Positions 38,801-47,517 of a DNA stretch of 55,290 bases are shown here, in pieces. Position numbers and translations under genes: made by a program. Positions within the stretch are counted from its first letter, which is position 1. Each line of letters begins with the position of its first letter. Origin of the DNA: a virus (taxonomy: Duplodnaviria > Caudoviricetes); IMG/VR virus record IMGVR_UViG_3300032006_000008, positions 1 to 55,290 of that record; one strand, written 5' to 3'. The notes beneath the pieces were generated by a model. It was not told where the DNA came from. It made no database searches and saw only the letters and a list, made by a program, of their open reading frames with translations.

Positions 38801-41800
38801 CAATGGAATACCTTCAGCAGTTTTTATCTCCACTGAGGTATTATTTTCATTCCATCTAGATGTCCAAATCATTCTATCGCCTGGCTGTGGAGTTCTTGTT
38901 TCATCGCTATATTCATAAACAGTTATTCCAGCAGGAGCTAAAGTATTTAGTCCCTTTACCTGTATATAATCCTCACTATTCTCAGACATTTTTCTATCAA
39001 AAGTTTTTATCCAGCCTGGGAGATTGTCCAACTTATCTTGCTCTGGCATTCTTCCAAGAGGGACTGCTAGTTCAGAAAAGTAATTAGTAGATGATGGCTT
39101 ATTACCATCCCAAATATAATCCCCATTTTCATCCATTAGAGGAATAATTTTCCCAGTCACATCACTTATTGCATATGAGTTTTTATAATCAAACCATAAA
39201 TATGGAAAAGATGTAGCCCCTTCTGCGTTAACACCATCAGCAAACTCATTATTGTATCTTTTAAAATGAGCGGACATAGGATACCCTAGAACTTCATGAA
39301 GAGATTTTGTTCCATGAGTTTTTTGTATCCATCTGTATCTACCAACTATAGCAACAGCTAATTCAACAGCCTCTCCTCTAGCTAAGTTTACATCCTCTTT
39401 CATCTCATCGGCTTGATTTTGCGTTATATTTCCCTTCTCAACTTCTCCATCAAACCAAGCATCTGTATTGTCTTGCTCTCTCGCTATTGTTACATCATCT
39501 ACATCAGAAACACCTATAACTAGAGACTTACCTTTACCTCCCTTACTTGCGACAAGGAAAGCTGGGTATCTCATTTTATTAAATCTTCTATATCCGAATG
39601 CTAATTCCATATTTAATTGGTCTAAAGCATTTTTATCAAGAGTAAAAAATTCATCTTGGAATACCCACAGTTTCCTTAAATCAAACTTTGTTGGGTCGCC
39701 TTCTTGGTATGGATTTTTTTTATGAGCTCTTCTAATTCGTGTAGTATATATATCATTAGCACTTAAAAGGAATACTCTATCATGCATATCAGGGTTAGCT
39801 TCTAAGAAATTAGCTAACACAAAATCAGAATAATTTATCCCATTTACAGGATTAACTTGAGTTTGGCTATGCAATCTCTTGTCTGACTCACCAAGCTTTC
39901 TAGTCCTTCCATCATCTCCTTTTTCAACATTATTTAAAACAAGAGCTCCCCTGTCTCCTCTAGGTATAGAATTTATAATATTGTGATAATGACTGTTTAT
40001 AATATTGTAATTTCTATTAGACTGCTCTTCACTAACATCAACATTAAAAGATTCTTGCAGATATTCATAAAACTCTTCTCTTTCCATTTTGAGATTAGAG
40101 GCTGGTTTTATATAATCACCGCCTTCTTTTTTCCAAGTTCCCTTTCCTCTTGACCAAATATCCCATCTAATATCATTCCAATCATCAATGGTCATCCTCT
40201 CTCCAGAGTATTCTTCTATTAAATTCTTTAAATTCTGAGCATCTTTACCAACTTGTTCTTCTCTTTTATGCTGACCTATCAAATCATCATATGTATCTGG
40301 ATAGTCATCTGCTAGACCTTCTTGATTTTCCCAATCAATATTATCAGTCATATCTCCAACATATCTCTCTAAATCCAGTCTCATAGTCTTAGTGAATGCT
40401 TTACCAAAAGAACCCAAGTCTTCACCAACTGTAAAAAATCTTCTGTTAGATAAGTTTGTAACTCTTCCTATTTCATGACTTTTAGCCCATTTAGAAAACC
40501 AATCTTTTAAAACTTTTGTGTATTTAAATTTAAATCTTAGTTTTCTTATTTGCTTAATTACTCCATTATAGAATCTTTTAAATAATTGTTTTTCAGATAA
40601 TCCAATATTATTATAAGCCTTCTTAAATTCAATCCAAGCTGCTTGAAAATGCTTAGAGGCTGCTACGAAATCACTATCAGGTAATGGATTCATAGCAAAC
40701 TTATTAAGGTCTATTTTGAGTAAAGCTTGAAAAGCTTTTAATATCTCATAAGCTGCTTTTGTAAAATGATTTTGTTTGTCAGTAGAAGATTCTTGATATT
40801 TTTGATTAAATCCTCTTATTCTGTTTAAGAAATTATCAGTACTTCCATATCTTTGCTTAATCGTTTCAATTATCTTATCAACCATCATCTGTCTTTGAGA
40901 ATCATCTTTAAAATTATCATTATACTGACCTAAGAGTTGGTCAATAGCAGTTTCTATTCCAACTCCATCAATATTCTTTTGCTCAAAACTTGTCATAGCT
41001 AACAATGCTTTGGCTAAAGGAGAAAGGCTTTTAAATTCTCTGTCTATCTGGCTAGATTTACTTTTATTTTTTCCAGTCCTATTTTTTATAAATTCTGAAA
41101 CGTCTGTATCTGGTAAAGACTCACTTGCCATAGCTCTATCAAAGTCTGTTGTTCTTCCAGTGTTTTGTTCTCTTTTTTCATCTACGTCTTCTTTAGTATC
41201 TTGACTGACATCAGCTTTCTTTAAATCACCAACCGACATTCCTGTTAGCTCCATCATCTCCTGATATGACATATCCCCCATTCTCTTCGCTCCTCCCAAC
41301 TGAGAAGCATCTACGGTTTCATATTTTGAAGGCTTTTGCTTTTGAGCTGGTGGAGTAGGTGAGCTATCCTGCTCTTGTTTTAGACTTCTTATTGATGAGA
41401 CAATGGCTTTTGCTATTTTTTTCTTGTTTGCTACACTATAAGATAATTCTCCGTTTTTCTTTTTAGCCACAGTTTCATCTTTAAGTAGTCCTTTTTTTAT
41501 AGATGGAAATTCTTCTAATGTATTATTTAATTGAGTAGCTGTTAGCGATGATAAAAATTTTGTAGGATTCTCTTTAGATTCAAGCTCTCCTATTATCTTT
41601 CCTCTTTTTACTTCTTGTGGGTCTTTAGATGGCTTATATGGAGTTCTTTTATTAATGTCATCCCCAAGCTCCTTTTTAACCTTTTCGTATCTCTTTCTAC
41701 CTTCTTCAGTATGTCTATATACTTCTTCATCTAACGCTTGTTCTGCTTTTCTTTCATATTCTTTCTCAGGCTCTTTTTCTGATGGTGCAGTAAATATATT

Positions 41801-44434
41801 TGTTAATTCTTTTTCAAAACTTGTATACTTACTTTCAGCATCGTGTATACCCTCAGTCGCGTCAATAATGGCTTGCTCCTCAGAAAGTCTTTGATTAACA
41901 AGACTATCTACAAAGTCTTTTCCCTTCTTACCTTTGATAATAATCTTTGGGTCACCTTTTTTACTTTGCCCTGTTAAACTACTTCCTAAGCTTCTCCCTT
42001 TTTTAAACCCTAATTCACCAGTAACAAACATTCCAATCATCTCATCTAATTGTCTATTAATAGTATCTTCATCTGCCGCTAGATTTTCATTTGAGGACAG
42101 TGAAGGAAATATTTTCTTTATATACTCTCTTGCTAATATTAATGCATTTTCCTTTGATTGCTCATCCATCTCTTCTAGGATGCCCATGCCGCTTGGGTTC
42201 TTCATAAGTATATTTAATACCTGAGCTCCAACATCCTTATCTTGACTTGATTGCCTACCTCCAATCTCTTGCATAGCTTTAACAACTTCATTATCAGTTC
42301 TTAAGTTTCTATACTCATCTAAATTATATCCTCCGTCTTTAGCTATCTTCTTTAACCACATCCCCCAAGTCATATTGTCAACATGGTCTTCAGACTTAGC
42401 CTCCTCAGACAGATTACTTCCTACTAACTGACCTTGAGTGTAATTTCTTCCAAGAGTTTCTTGTAAATCTTGATTAATTTCCTCATCTAGCTCAGATTCA
42501 ATAGATTGTTTCTTAGCTCTATTAGCAAGAACTCTAATACCACCTGCTCCCACTCCAAAGACACCACCACCTAATAGTCCCCCAAATCCCTCAGCGAACA
42601 TTTGTTGCTTGTCAAACACATCATCAAACGTCTGGTCAGGTCTAACTTGTCCCAATGCTACAGCATTTTGAAATCTTTCATTAATTCCCTGAAAGACTTC
42701 TTCAACCATCTCTATTGTACCTTGCTTGAGAATATTGTATGCAAAATCTGCGTCTCTATTTTTCCATCCTTGTCTAAATCTATTCTTATTTGAGTTCCAT
42801 GCAGTCCTAGCTATTCCCTTTTTAGGAATAGAAGCCCTAGCTGCTTTAGCAATTGAAGGGATTCTTAACATCTCTAACATTGTATTAACAACACCAGTCT
42901 GAAGCCAAGCTGTGGAAGCTAAATCTAATGCCTCCATCTCTGTAAGAGTTCCATCCTTGACTTCTTTTTCCATGAGCTCTCCAAAGACTTCATCAAAAGA
43001 ACCTCCAGCTTGTTGACTAAACATAAATGCACTTGACAATGCATAAACAGTTGGACTCTTAGCTGTTAGTGAGTTAACAACCATAGCTACAGACGCAACC
43101 ATTGAAGGAGCTGATGTGATTAGTAAGTCTCTACCCCATGCCCATGTTTTACCATCTCCATCTAATATATCAGAGAACTTTTGACCAATTCCTCTCTCCA
43201 TCATGTCTTGTTGAAAAAGTGCATAAGCTAGAGCCTCAGGGTCTTTTTGAATAGCAGCTTCCATCTCAGCTCTTGCTAGTTTGTTTGCCTCCTTTAACCC
43301 TCCGTAACTCCAATCCTTCCCAAGCATCATCCCAACTGATTTCATCAAATTTGGAGCTTTTTTCATTTGAGCGAGCTTTTCTTCTGGCTCTAGTATATAT
43401 CTAATGTTTTCTGGCGAGAGTTCGTCTTTTGTAGCTGTTTCAAGTTTTTGTACTTTAATATTTAAACTAGCTTTGAATTGGTCTTCTAATGCTTTATCAT
43501 TTAATAGAAAATTATCATGGGAAGAACCACCATCATCTTTCTTTACCTCTTCCTCTTCTCTTACTTTATTTTGTAAAGAATCATAGACTGTAGAATCTGG
43601 AACAGACTGAAATGATTTTTCATCAATTCCTAGCATATTAGCTAAGTCTTTAGATATAATGTGACCACTACCTGTTCTAAAGTTATTTTCATCCTCAGAT
43701 TGCATAGTAATAGCTGGAACATTTATTGTTTCCATACTATCTATTCTGCCAGATGATTCTGCAATCATAACAGCTTTAGCTGTATCAGCGTCTTCTCCAA
43801 ACATCTCATCTATATGATTTAGATACTTTTCATCTAATCCATATGTTTTAGCTATTGTAGTGTTGTCTAGACCAAGAAACGGCTTATGAAGACCCTCTCT
43901 ATGCGTTGTCCACCTTTTCCATCCTTCTTTCTTTTTTAATCTAGATGCATATTCAATATTTTGCTCTGGGGTCATATCCGATGGAGGAACAAACTTTCCC
44001 CAGACTAATTTTTGATTATCTACACCTTGATAATGGTCATTTATTTGAAATAATCCATGACTATGGGTTTTTTTGAGATTTTTCTTAGGGTCAGGACCTT
44101 CGGGTGTAAAGTCTCCATAAATACCACTCTGTAAATTTTCCCAGTGCTCTCTTAATGATACAGTATTTTGAGCATTATGAGCCTGCAAAGCTTGCCCTCC
44201 ACTTCTAAGTGGGGTAGCTAAGTCTACATTACCAAATGCTCTTCTCCAGTCAGGACCGTAAGAATCTAGACCTCTGACTATTTCTTCTGCTTTTTCAGGG
44301 GATTGGTCTTGTAGAAGCTGTATTACAACTTCTCTATCTGGCTTATTCTGAGCTTGTGAAAGAGTCCAAAAACCGGTTTCTACATATTGTCCTCTTGCCC
44401 AACTAGCTAATTCCTGGAGTGAATATCCATTCAT
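35876..44434 (-). CDS. Giant virion protein: permuted lysozyme/SLT domain, membrane segment and two-barrel virion RNA polymerase
   Basis: 2852 aa; GLFQIN (aa127) and AESSG (E226); GFGGLLGGGVFGVGAGG; WDG (D1776), IK (K1810), VKG (K1827); YRFP (R2134); QDFDGD (D2173-D2177); VGMVQN; QASFDESTK. Confidence 0.8.
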   Translation of the reverse strand: MNGYSLQELASWARGQYVETGFWTLSQAQNKPDREVVIQLLQDQSPEKAEEIVRGLDSYGPDWRRAFGNVDLATPLRSGGQALQAHNAQNTVSLREHWENLQSGIYGDFTPEGPDPKKNLKKTHSHGLFQINDHYQGVDNQKLVWGKFVPPSDMTPEQNIEYASRLKKKEGWKRWTTHREGLHKPFLGLDNTTIAKTYGLDEKYLNHIDEMFGEDADTAKAVMIAESSGRIDSMETINVPAITMQSEDENNFRTGSGHIISKDLANMLGIDEKSFQSVPDSTVYDSLQNKVREEEEVKKDDGGSSHDNFLLNDKALEDQFKASLNIKVQKLETATKDELSPENIRYILEPEEKLAQMKKAPNLMKSVGMMLGKDWSYGGLKEANKLARAEMEAAIQKDPEALAYALFQQDMMERGIGQKFSDILDGDGKTWAWGRDLLITSAPSMVASVAMVVNSLTAKSPTVYALSSAFMFSQQAGGSFDEVFGELMEKEVKDGTLTEMEALDLASTAWLQTGVVNTMLEMLRIPSIAKAARASIPKKGIARTAWNSNKNRFRQGWKNRDADFAYNILKQGTIEMVEEVFQGINERFQNAVALGQVRPDQTFDDVFDKQQMFAEGFGGLLGGGVFGVGAGGIRVLANRAKKQSIESELDEEINQDLQETLGRNYTQGQLVGSNLSEEAKSEDHVDNMTWGMWLKKIAKDGGYNLDEYRNLRTDNEVVKAMQEIGGRQSSQDKDVGAQVLNILMKNPSGMGILEEMDEQSKENALILAREYIKKIFPSLSSNENLAADEDTINRQLDEMIGMFVTGELGFKKGRSLGSSLTGQSKKGDPKIIIKGKKGKDFVDSLVNQRLSEEQAIIDATEGIHDAESKYTSFEKELTNIFTAPSEKEPEKEYERKAEQALDEEVYRHTEEGRKRYEKVKKELGDDINKRTPYKPSKDPQEVKRGKIIGELESKENPTKFLSSLTATQLNNTLEEFPSIKKGLLKDETVAKKKNGELSYSVANKKKIAKAIVSSIRSLKQEQDSSPTPPAQKQKPSKYETVDASQLGGAKRMGDMSYQEMMELTGMSVGDLKKADVSQDTKEDVDEKREQNTGRTTDFDRAMASESLPDTDVSEFIKNRTGKNKSKSSQIDREFKSLSPLAKALLAMTSFEQKNIDGVGIETAIDQLLGQYNDNFKDDSQRQMMVDKIIETIKQRYGSTDNFLNRIRGFNQKYQESSTDKQNHFTKAAYEILKAFQALLKIDLNKFAMNPLPDSDFVAASKHFQAAWIEFKKAYNNIGLSEKQLFKRFYNGVIKQIRKLRFKFKYTKVLKDWFSKWAKSHEIGRVTNLSNRRFFTVGEDLGSFGKAFTKTMRLDLERYVGDMTDNIDWENQEGLADDYPDTYDDLIGQHKREEQVGKDAQNLKNLIEEYSGERMTIDDWNDIRWDIWSRGKGTWKKEGGDYIKPASNLKMEREEFYEYLQESFNVDVSEEQSNRNYNIINSHYHNIINSIPRGDRGALVLNNVEKGDDGRTRKLGESDKRLHSQTQVNPVNGINYSDFVLANFLEANPDMHDRVFLLSANDIYTTRIRRAHKKNPYQEGDPTKFDLRKLWVFQDEFFTLDKNALDQLNMELAFGYRRFNKMRYPAFLVASKGGKGKSLVIGVSDVDDVTIAREQDNTDAWFDGEVEKGNITQNQADEMKEDVNLARGEAVELAVAIVGRYRWIQKTHGTKSLHEVLGYPMSAHFKRYNNEFADGVNAEGATSFPYLWFDYKNSYAISDVTGKIIPLMDENGDYIWDGNKPSSTNYFSELAVPLGRMPEQDKLDNLPGWIKTFDRKMSENSEDYIQVKGLNTLAPAGITVYEYSDETRTPQPGDRMIWTSRWNENNTSVEIKTAEGIPLDEVFSNEEKKMAQGNYDVANTVNYMEPGDIRILMNSNFFSKGSGTAPFQWFDQWQDMITTNPDIAPLFDKLIEAVKTNQKDYFNSISAMRENPNILAKWLKSLQKSQTITKSDLSKSIEMLEEDPDSFAILLHSHFSNPQVGMIKNRFVVDGAFRGRVKSRKPTKASRFQAANYSHVIPDFHGILEPHQYGATPFDVSWNIVVDAYLYGQAKQVVEKWNKWGNTREGRRKQVDAINDFLKNNPPDPSKDRWEQFYRFPIQHFTNPQMLEIAHFLYRDYGDVVFMHDTMKKMLEQDFDGDAVTSRKWDRELTKELIDFQWQKSGDKYDYTDEYKSMVYQIPLDIFADPQKVFTPTTPNVVTEIANNFETGTQVGMVQNARTMRSSLNHKGLAINFSGHYYQDVILTQRAIDEEVIMDYAPLRDDIVQENIPIGDSIVVIDGVKYLKTTSDREMAIIQQASFDESTKGLLALWWSTLYGRQTSIGVIENFVTFIRSRTFKIIDKEGNEIVSGHKEAQTLVKKVVNHFKTSEVRQGRDEDQSYVGAEKLTEMSKVVYDRTNKTVAEQVQDIMSLDLKVPKKVFKDYNARMMEEMRAQRRPQRPLVINDVQFNNIKEGDKTVPTTYLEDTVASLWKHMVDNQIDDMPNFLQMSKNQEDNARYMAMQAIVGKPGPEGAAKLSALVKEYELSDNDIVTGLAFARKMNKEFYMLLQVVNEKNTLIDEIELNVAKIDHDVVFNNHFISQWLPHFNALSDGARFVSSLSFFSGTSTIQDMIPASLRLKFRDIRIENMKESNQLKRYKREYLGQLQLHQGVSNQMVDYGKSVSMELTQEGDYELLTSKKGLSSQDFKNKAQYANFQRIKSNLDSAYNQTVLLKETIDHLENKIEATKEELSQRAEKLKLRGEGSLRVDRIRNVSHFLPMDLIDGRFFRLFGSKFAEVYRDAPDSEPAVGAKIKLATFDDGSYKLLEKLGNCKTK

Positions 44435-44442
44435 AAAATTAT

Positions 44443-45705
44443 TTACTTGGTTGGTATATTAATATTTGTAGGTAATCCCGTACCACTTCCACCAACTGCA
44501 TTTTTTACTTGTAATAAGGGTGAACCAAACATTTTTTCATATTCTTCGTTAATTCTTCTTAAATAATCCACGTAAGCCTGTACTCCTCTAGCCACATTAG
44601 TGCTTTCTTTTCCATATTCTTTAACATTCAAATCCATCCATCCGCCTCCTGTAATTTCTATTTTAAGTTTTTCCAGCTCATCTGGGTCTGCAATTAAGCT
44701 CTTAACGTCTCCATCGTATCCCAATTGATTTGCAAATTGTCTAAGAGATTCCACTCTTTGATTAAACATAGTTTGCCACGGCTTCTGATTCTGAAAAACT
44801 TCAGGCTTTGAGCCATGAAAAGATTTGCTAATATTTTGATGACTGCTAACAAAAGAAGAAAGTTCTTCATGGTCTTTTAGAAGTTTACTACTACTTATAG
44901 GCTCTAGAGCCCCAGTAAGGATAGATTCTGAAGCTTTTATATTACTAATTCTAGCTGTTGTCTCAGCCGCTAAGAGTTTATCTCTAATTTTTATATCACC
45001 AATAGCTTTTTTAGCTTGTTCAAAATCTCCCGCCTCAACATAGCCTGCAACATTGTTTAACCAATCTTGTAAAGTCTGACCTTGAAATGGAACAGCTGCT
45101 CCCTTTGCTTTCATATCAACTTGTACGCCTTTGATTTCCTTATCCAAGTCATGTTTACCTAAGAAAGTAACAACGTCAGCAACATCTTTTAAGTCGCTTA
45201 GCTCTTCATTTAAAAACTTTCTTTGTTGAATGTTAAATAAATTTGCATTTTTGTTTAACATTTTATGTACGTTATCTAAAGATTTTACAGCATCATTATC
45301 AGAATAGAATCCAGACTTAGCTTGCTTCTCTAATGCATAAATACTATCAACTGCTTTTATAAACTCATTACTAACTTGCTCCTTCTTTTCTGATACTGGC
45401 TTTATTCCTCTTTCATAGTATCCAGAAATAGCTTCATAGAATGGCTTTATAACAAGGTTGTCACGATATTCTCCATCATCATTCAACGCTAAAGCTTTTA
45501 GACCATCCATAATGCCTTCATTAACATCAATAGGATTGTCAAAGTCTAGTTTATTTGCTAATGTATTCATCCTAACAGATAAATCATCTCTTAGTGCATT
45601 GTCTTTTGTAAACTGACCCATAGCTTGTAAGAGATAAAACCCCTTGTAAGCTAAATTTAGCAAACTTGTTTCTTGTATATCTATATCATATTTTCCACTT
45701 GCCAT
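44443..45705 (-). CDS. Putative internal virion/ejection protein
   Basis: 420 aa, helical, Cys-free, in the ejection operon. Confidence 0.55.
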   Translation of the reverse strand: MASGKYDIDIQETSLLNLAYKGFYLLQAMGQFTKDNALRDDLSVRMNTLANKLDFDNPIDVNEGIMDGLKALALNDDGEYRDNLVIKPFYEAISGYYERGIKPVSEKKEQVSNEFIKAVDSIYALEKQAKSGFYSDNDAVKSLDNVHKMLNKNANLFNIQQRKFLNEELSDLKDVADVVTFLGKHDLDKEIKGVQVDMKAKGAAVPFQGQTLQDWLNNVAGYVEAGDFEQAKKAIGDIKIRDKLLAAETTARISNIKASESILTGALEPISSSKLLKDHEELSSFVSSHQNISKSFHGSKPEVFQNQKPWQTMFNQRVESLRQFANQLGYDGDVKSLIADPDELEKLKIEITGGGWMDLNVKEYGKESTNVARGVQAYVDYLRRINEEYEKMFGSPLLQVKNAVGGSGTGLPTNINIPTK

Positions 45706-46433
45706 TATGATTGTTCCATTTGTTCTACTTGCATAAGTCTATCAAAGAAGTCATCCATCCATTGTTGTCTCTGACCATAAACATCTTGTTCAAAACCTAT
45801 AGCTGCTTGTTTTGCCTCAAAGTCTAAACTAGTTATAGCGTCATCTAAAGTTCCTAATTTAGCTTCAGCTTGTCCCATCATTTGATTTTGCTGTCCATAT
45901 ATTCCTGTTTGTGTAGTTTGAGACTGGAATCTATCTGCGAAAGTTCCACCTCTTAATCCACCAACTTGCTGTGACCTCTGCGTTGAAGCTTGATTTAGTT
46001 TAAATGATTCAGTCTCACCTGAGCGCATTACATTTTCTAAATTCATATCTAGACCACTCATTAATGAGCCTCTCTGTCTAGCAATTCCTTGTTTCTTTAA
46101 TTCTGTTTTCTCCTGCTCAATACCAAATAAATCTTTTAAGAAAAACTCCTCTTGAGGGTCATATTCCATTCCCTCAAAATATTTTCTCATATCAGAGTCT
46201 ACGCCATACTTTTTAAACAAATCCTCAAGGTTAAGATTAAATTTATCTTGCCAATCAAAATTAGGCATTCCCTCTACATCGCTTTGAGGATTAGTATCAT
46301 CATCGCCTCTTTGGTCTTTATTCCACTGAGCTAACCAATCTGAAGCTTCATTTTTAGTTGAAAACGATATAACCATCTCGCTATCATCATTAAAAACTCC
46401 CCATACTCCAGGTTCTACTTCTTTTATATGCAT
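45705..46433 (-). CDS. Putative internal virion/ejection protein
   Basis: 242 aa, Q/E/D-rich helical, GGLRGG, Cys-free. Confidence 0.55.
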   Translation of the reverse strand: MHIKEVEPGVWGVFNDDSEMVISFSTKNEASDWLAQWNKDQRGDDDTNPQSDVEGMPNFDWQDKFNLNLEDLFKKYGVDSDMRKYFEGMEYDPQEEFFLKDLFGIEQEKTELKKQGIARQRGSLMSGLDMNLENVMRSGETESFKLNQASTQRSQQVGGLRGGTFADRFQSQTTQTGIYGQQNQMMGQAEAKLGTLDDAITSLDFEAKQAAIGFEQDVYGQRQQWMDDFFDRLMQVEQMEQS

Positions 46434-46437
46434 TTAT

Positions 46438-47463
46438 TTATACCTTTATAGAAGGATTTTTAAGCCATTCTTTAAACAATACATCACCACCCAAGTCTTC
46501 ATACATTCCACCTCTAGATACAAAGCTACTATCAGAGTGAGTATATCCACCTTGCCCTTTAGATGCTAGGGTTTTTATATCATCAACAAGAGATTGTCCT
46601 GTAAATCCCTTTTGAGAAGATATGAATCTATTCTGAGCAGAACTTCCTGTATAATTACTAGAACTAGCTACATTAGTTGGACTAGAGGATGTAACAGTTT
46701 GAGGTGATGAGCCAGATGTAATACTTGCTGTATCTGTAGTTCCAACCATTTGTTGTGTTTTTTCTTGCATATTTTTAATCCACTGGTCATAGTCTCCAAT
46801 AAAGCCTGCCTTCTTACTTCTTTCATATGACTCTAGAAGAGTAGTGTCCTTTACAGCTAGCTCTGCTAAGTCTTCTTTTGGAGCACTCCCCCAAGCTGGC
46901 GTTCCAGATGCTCCTCCCCATTTTGAAAATGGTTTACTTTGTGTAATCTTATCACTTACTCCCATATCTTTTAATTTATCACCAGCAGCTGCTCCTCCAC
47001 CAGTTGTCCATCCAGCTATTACAGCAGTTGTCATAGCATTCATTCTAGCACTTTTCTCTATAGCTTCATCAGTAGCTTTAAAACTAGCAGCTTGACTTTC
47101 TTTACTCTTTCTCATTAATCCACCCTGTAGGGCTTTCATTTTTGAAAGTTTTGTTTTTTCAGTTGCATCCGCTAGACCTCTTCCTAAGAGACTTCCACCA
47201 TAAGAACCTCCCCCCATAGCCGCTGCTGTAGCAGCCCACCCTAAAGGATTAGAGGCTAAAATAGCTCCAGTTACAAGAGTACCGGCAGCCGCTCCTATGT
47301 TACTCCACAAACTTTTCTTTTTGCCTTTCTCAGCGGCTTCAGCGGCTTGTTCTTCCAATTGAGTTATAGTCTCCAGAGCATCTTTATTTAGAAGTCTTTT
47401 TCCATACTGCTTCCCTTTGTACTCTTTAACTTCTTTTACTTGTTTATTTTCAATGTCTGCCAT
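46438..47463 (-). CDS. Putative ejection protein (P22 gp7/T7 gp14-like, G/A-rich membrane segment)
   Basis: IGAAAGTLVTGAILASNPLGWAATAAAMGGG glycine-zipper-like segment; first gene after the promoter. Confidence 0.6.
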   Translation of the reverse strand: MADIENKQVKEVKEYKGKQYGKRLLNKDALETITQLEEQAAEAAEKGKKKSLWSNIGAAAGTLVTGAILASNPLGWAATAAAMGGGSYGGSLLGRGLADATEKTKLSKMKALQGGLMRKSKESQAASFKATDEAIEKSARMNAMTTAVIAGWTTGGGAAAGDKLKDMGVSDKITQSKPFSKWGGASGTPAWGSAPKEDLAELAVKDTTLLESYERSKKAGFIGDYDQWIKNMQEKTQQMVGTTDTASITSGSSPQTVTSSSPTNVASSSNYTGSSAQNRFISSQKGFTGQSLVDDIKTLASKGQGGYTHSDSSFVSRGGMYEDLGGDVLFKEWLKNPSIKV

Positions 47464-47485
47464 TTTAAATCCTTTTTAGAGTTTT

Positions 47486-47516
47486 CAAATTTAATATAAA
47501 ATTGCTTAGTAATCAA
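47486..47516 (-). promoter_or_regulatory. Putative promoter for the ejection-protein operon
   Basis: TTGATT-N17-TAAATTTG upstream of an AAGGA RBS. Confidence 0.55.
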
Positions 47517-47517
47517 G

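Noticed and set aside
38860-43586. Antisense and alternate-frame ORFs in the track (e.g. 38860, 39468, 41010, 41655, 41934, 42602, 43404, and similar ones elsewhere)
   Set aside because: Shadow ORFs opposite long genuine genes, with F/S/L-rich composition typical of the reverse strand and no RBS
32118-44434. Zincin protease (HExxH) in the large virion proteins
   Set aside because: No HExxH seen; only non-matching HEATQH, HEVLG and HEIGR
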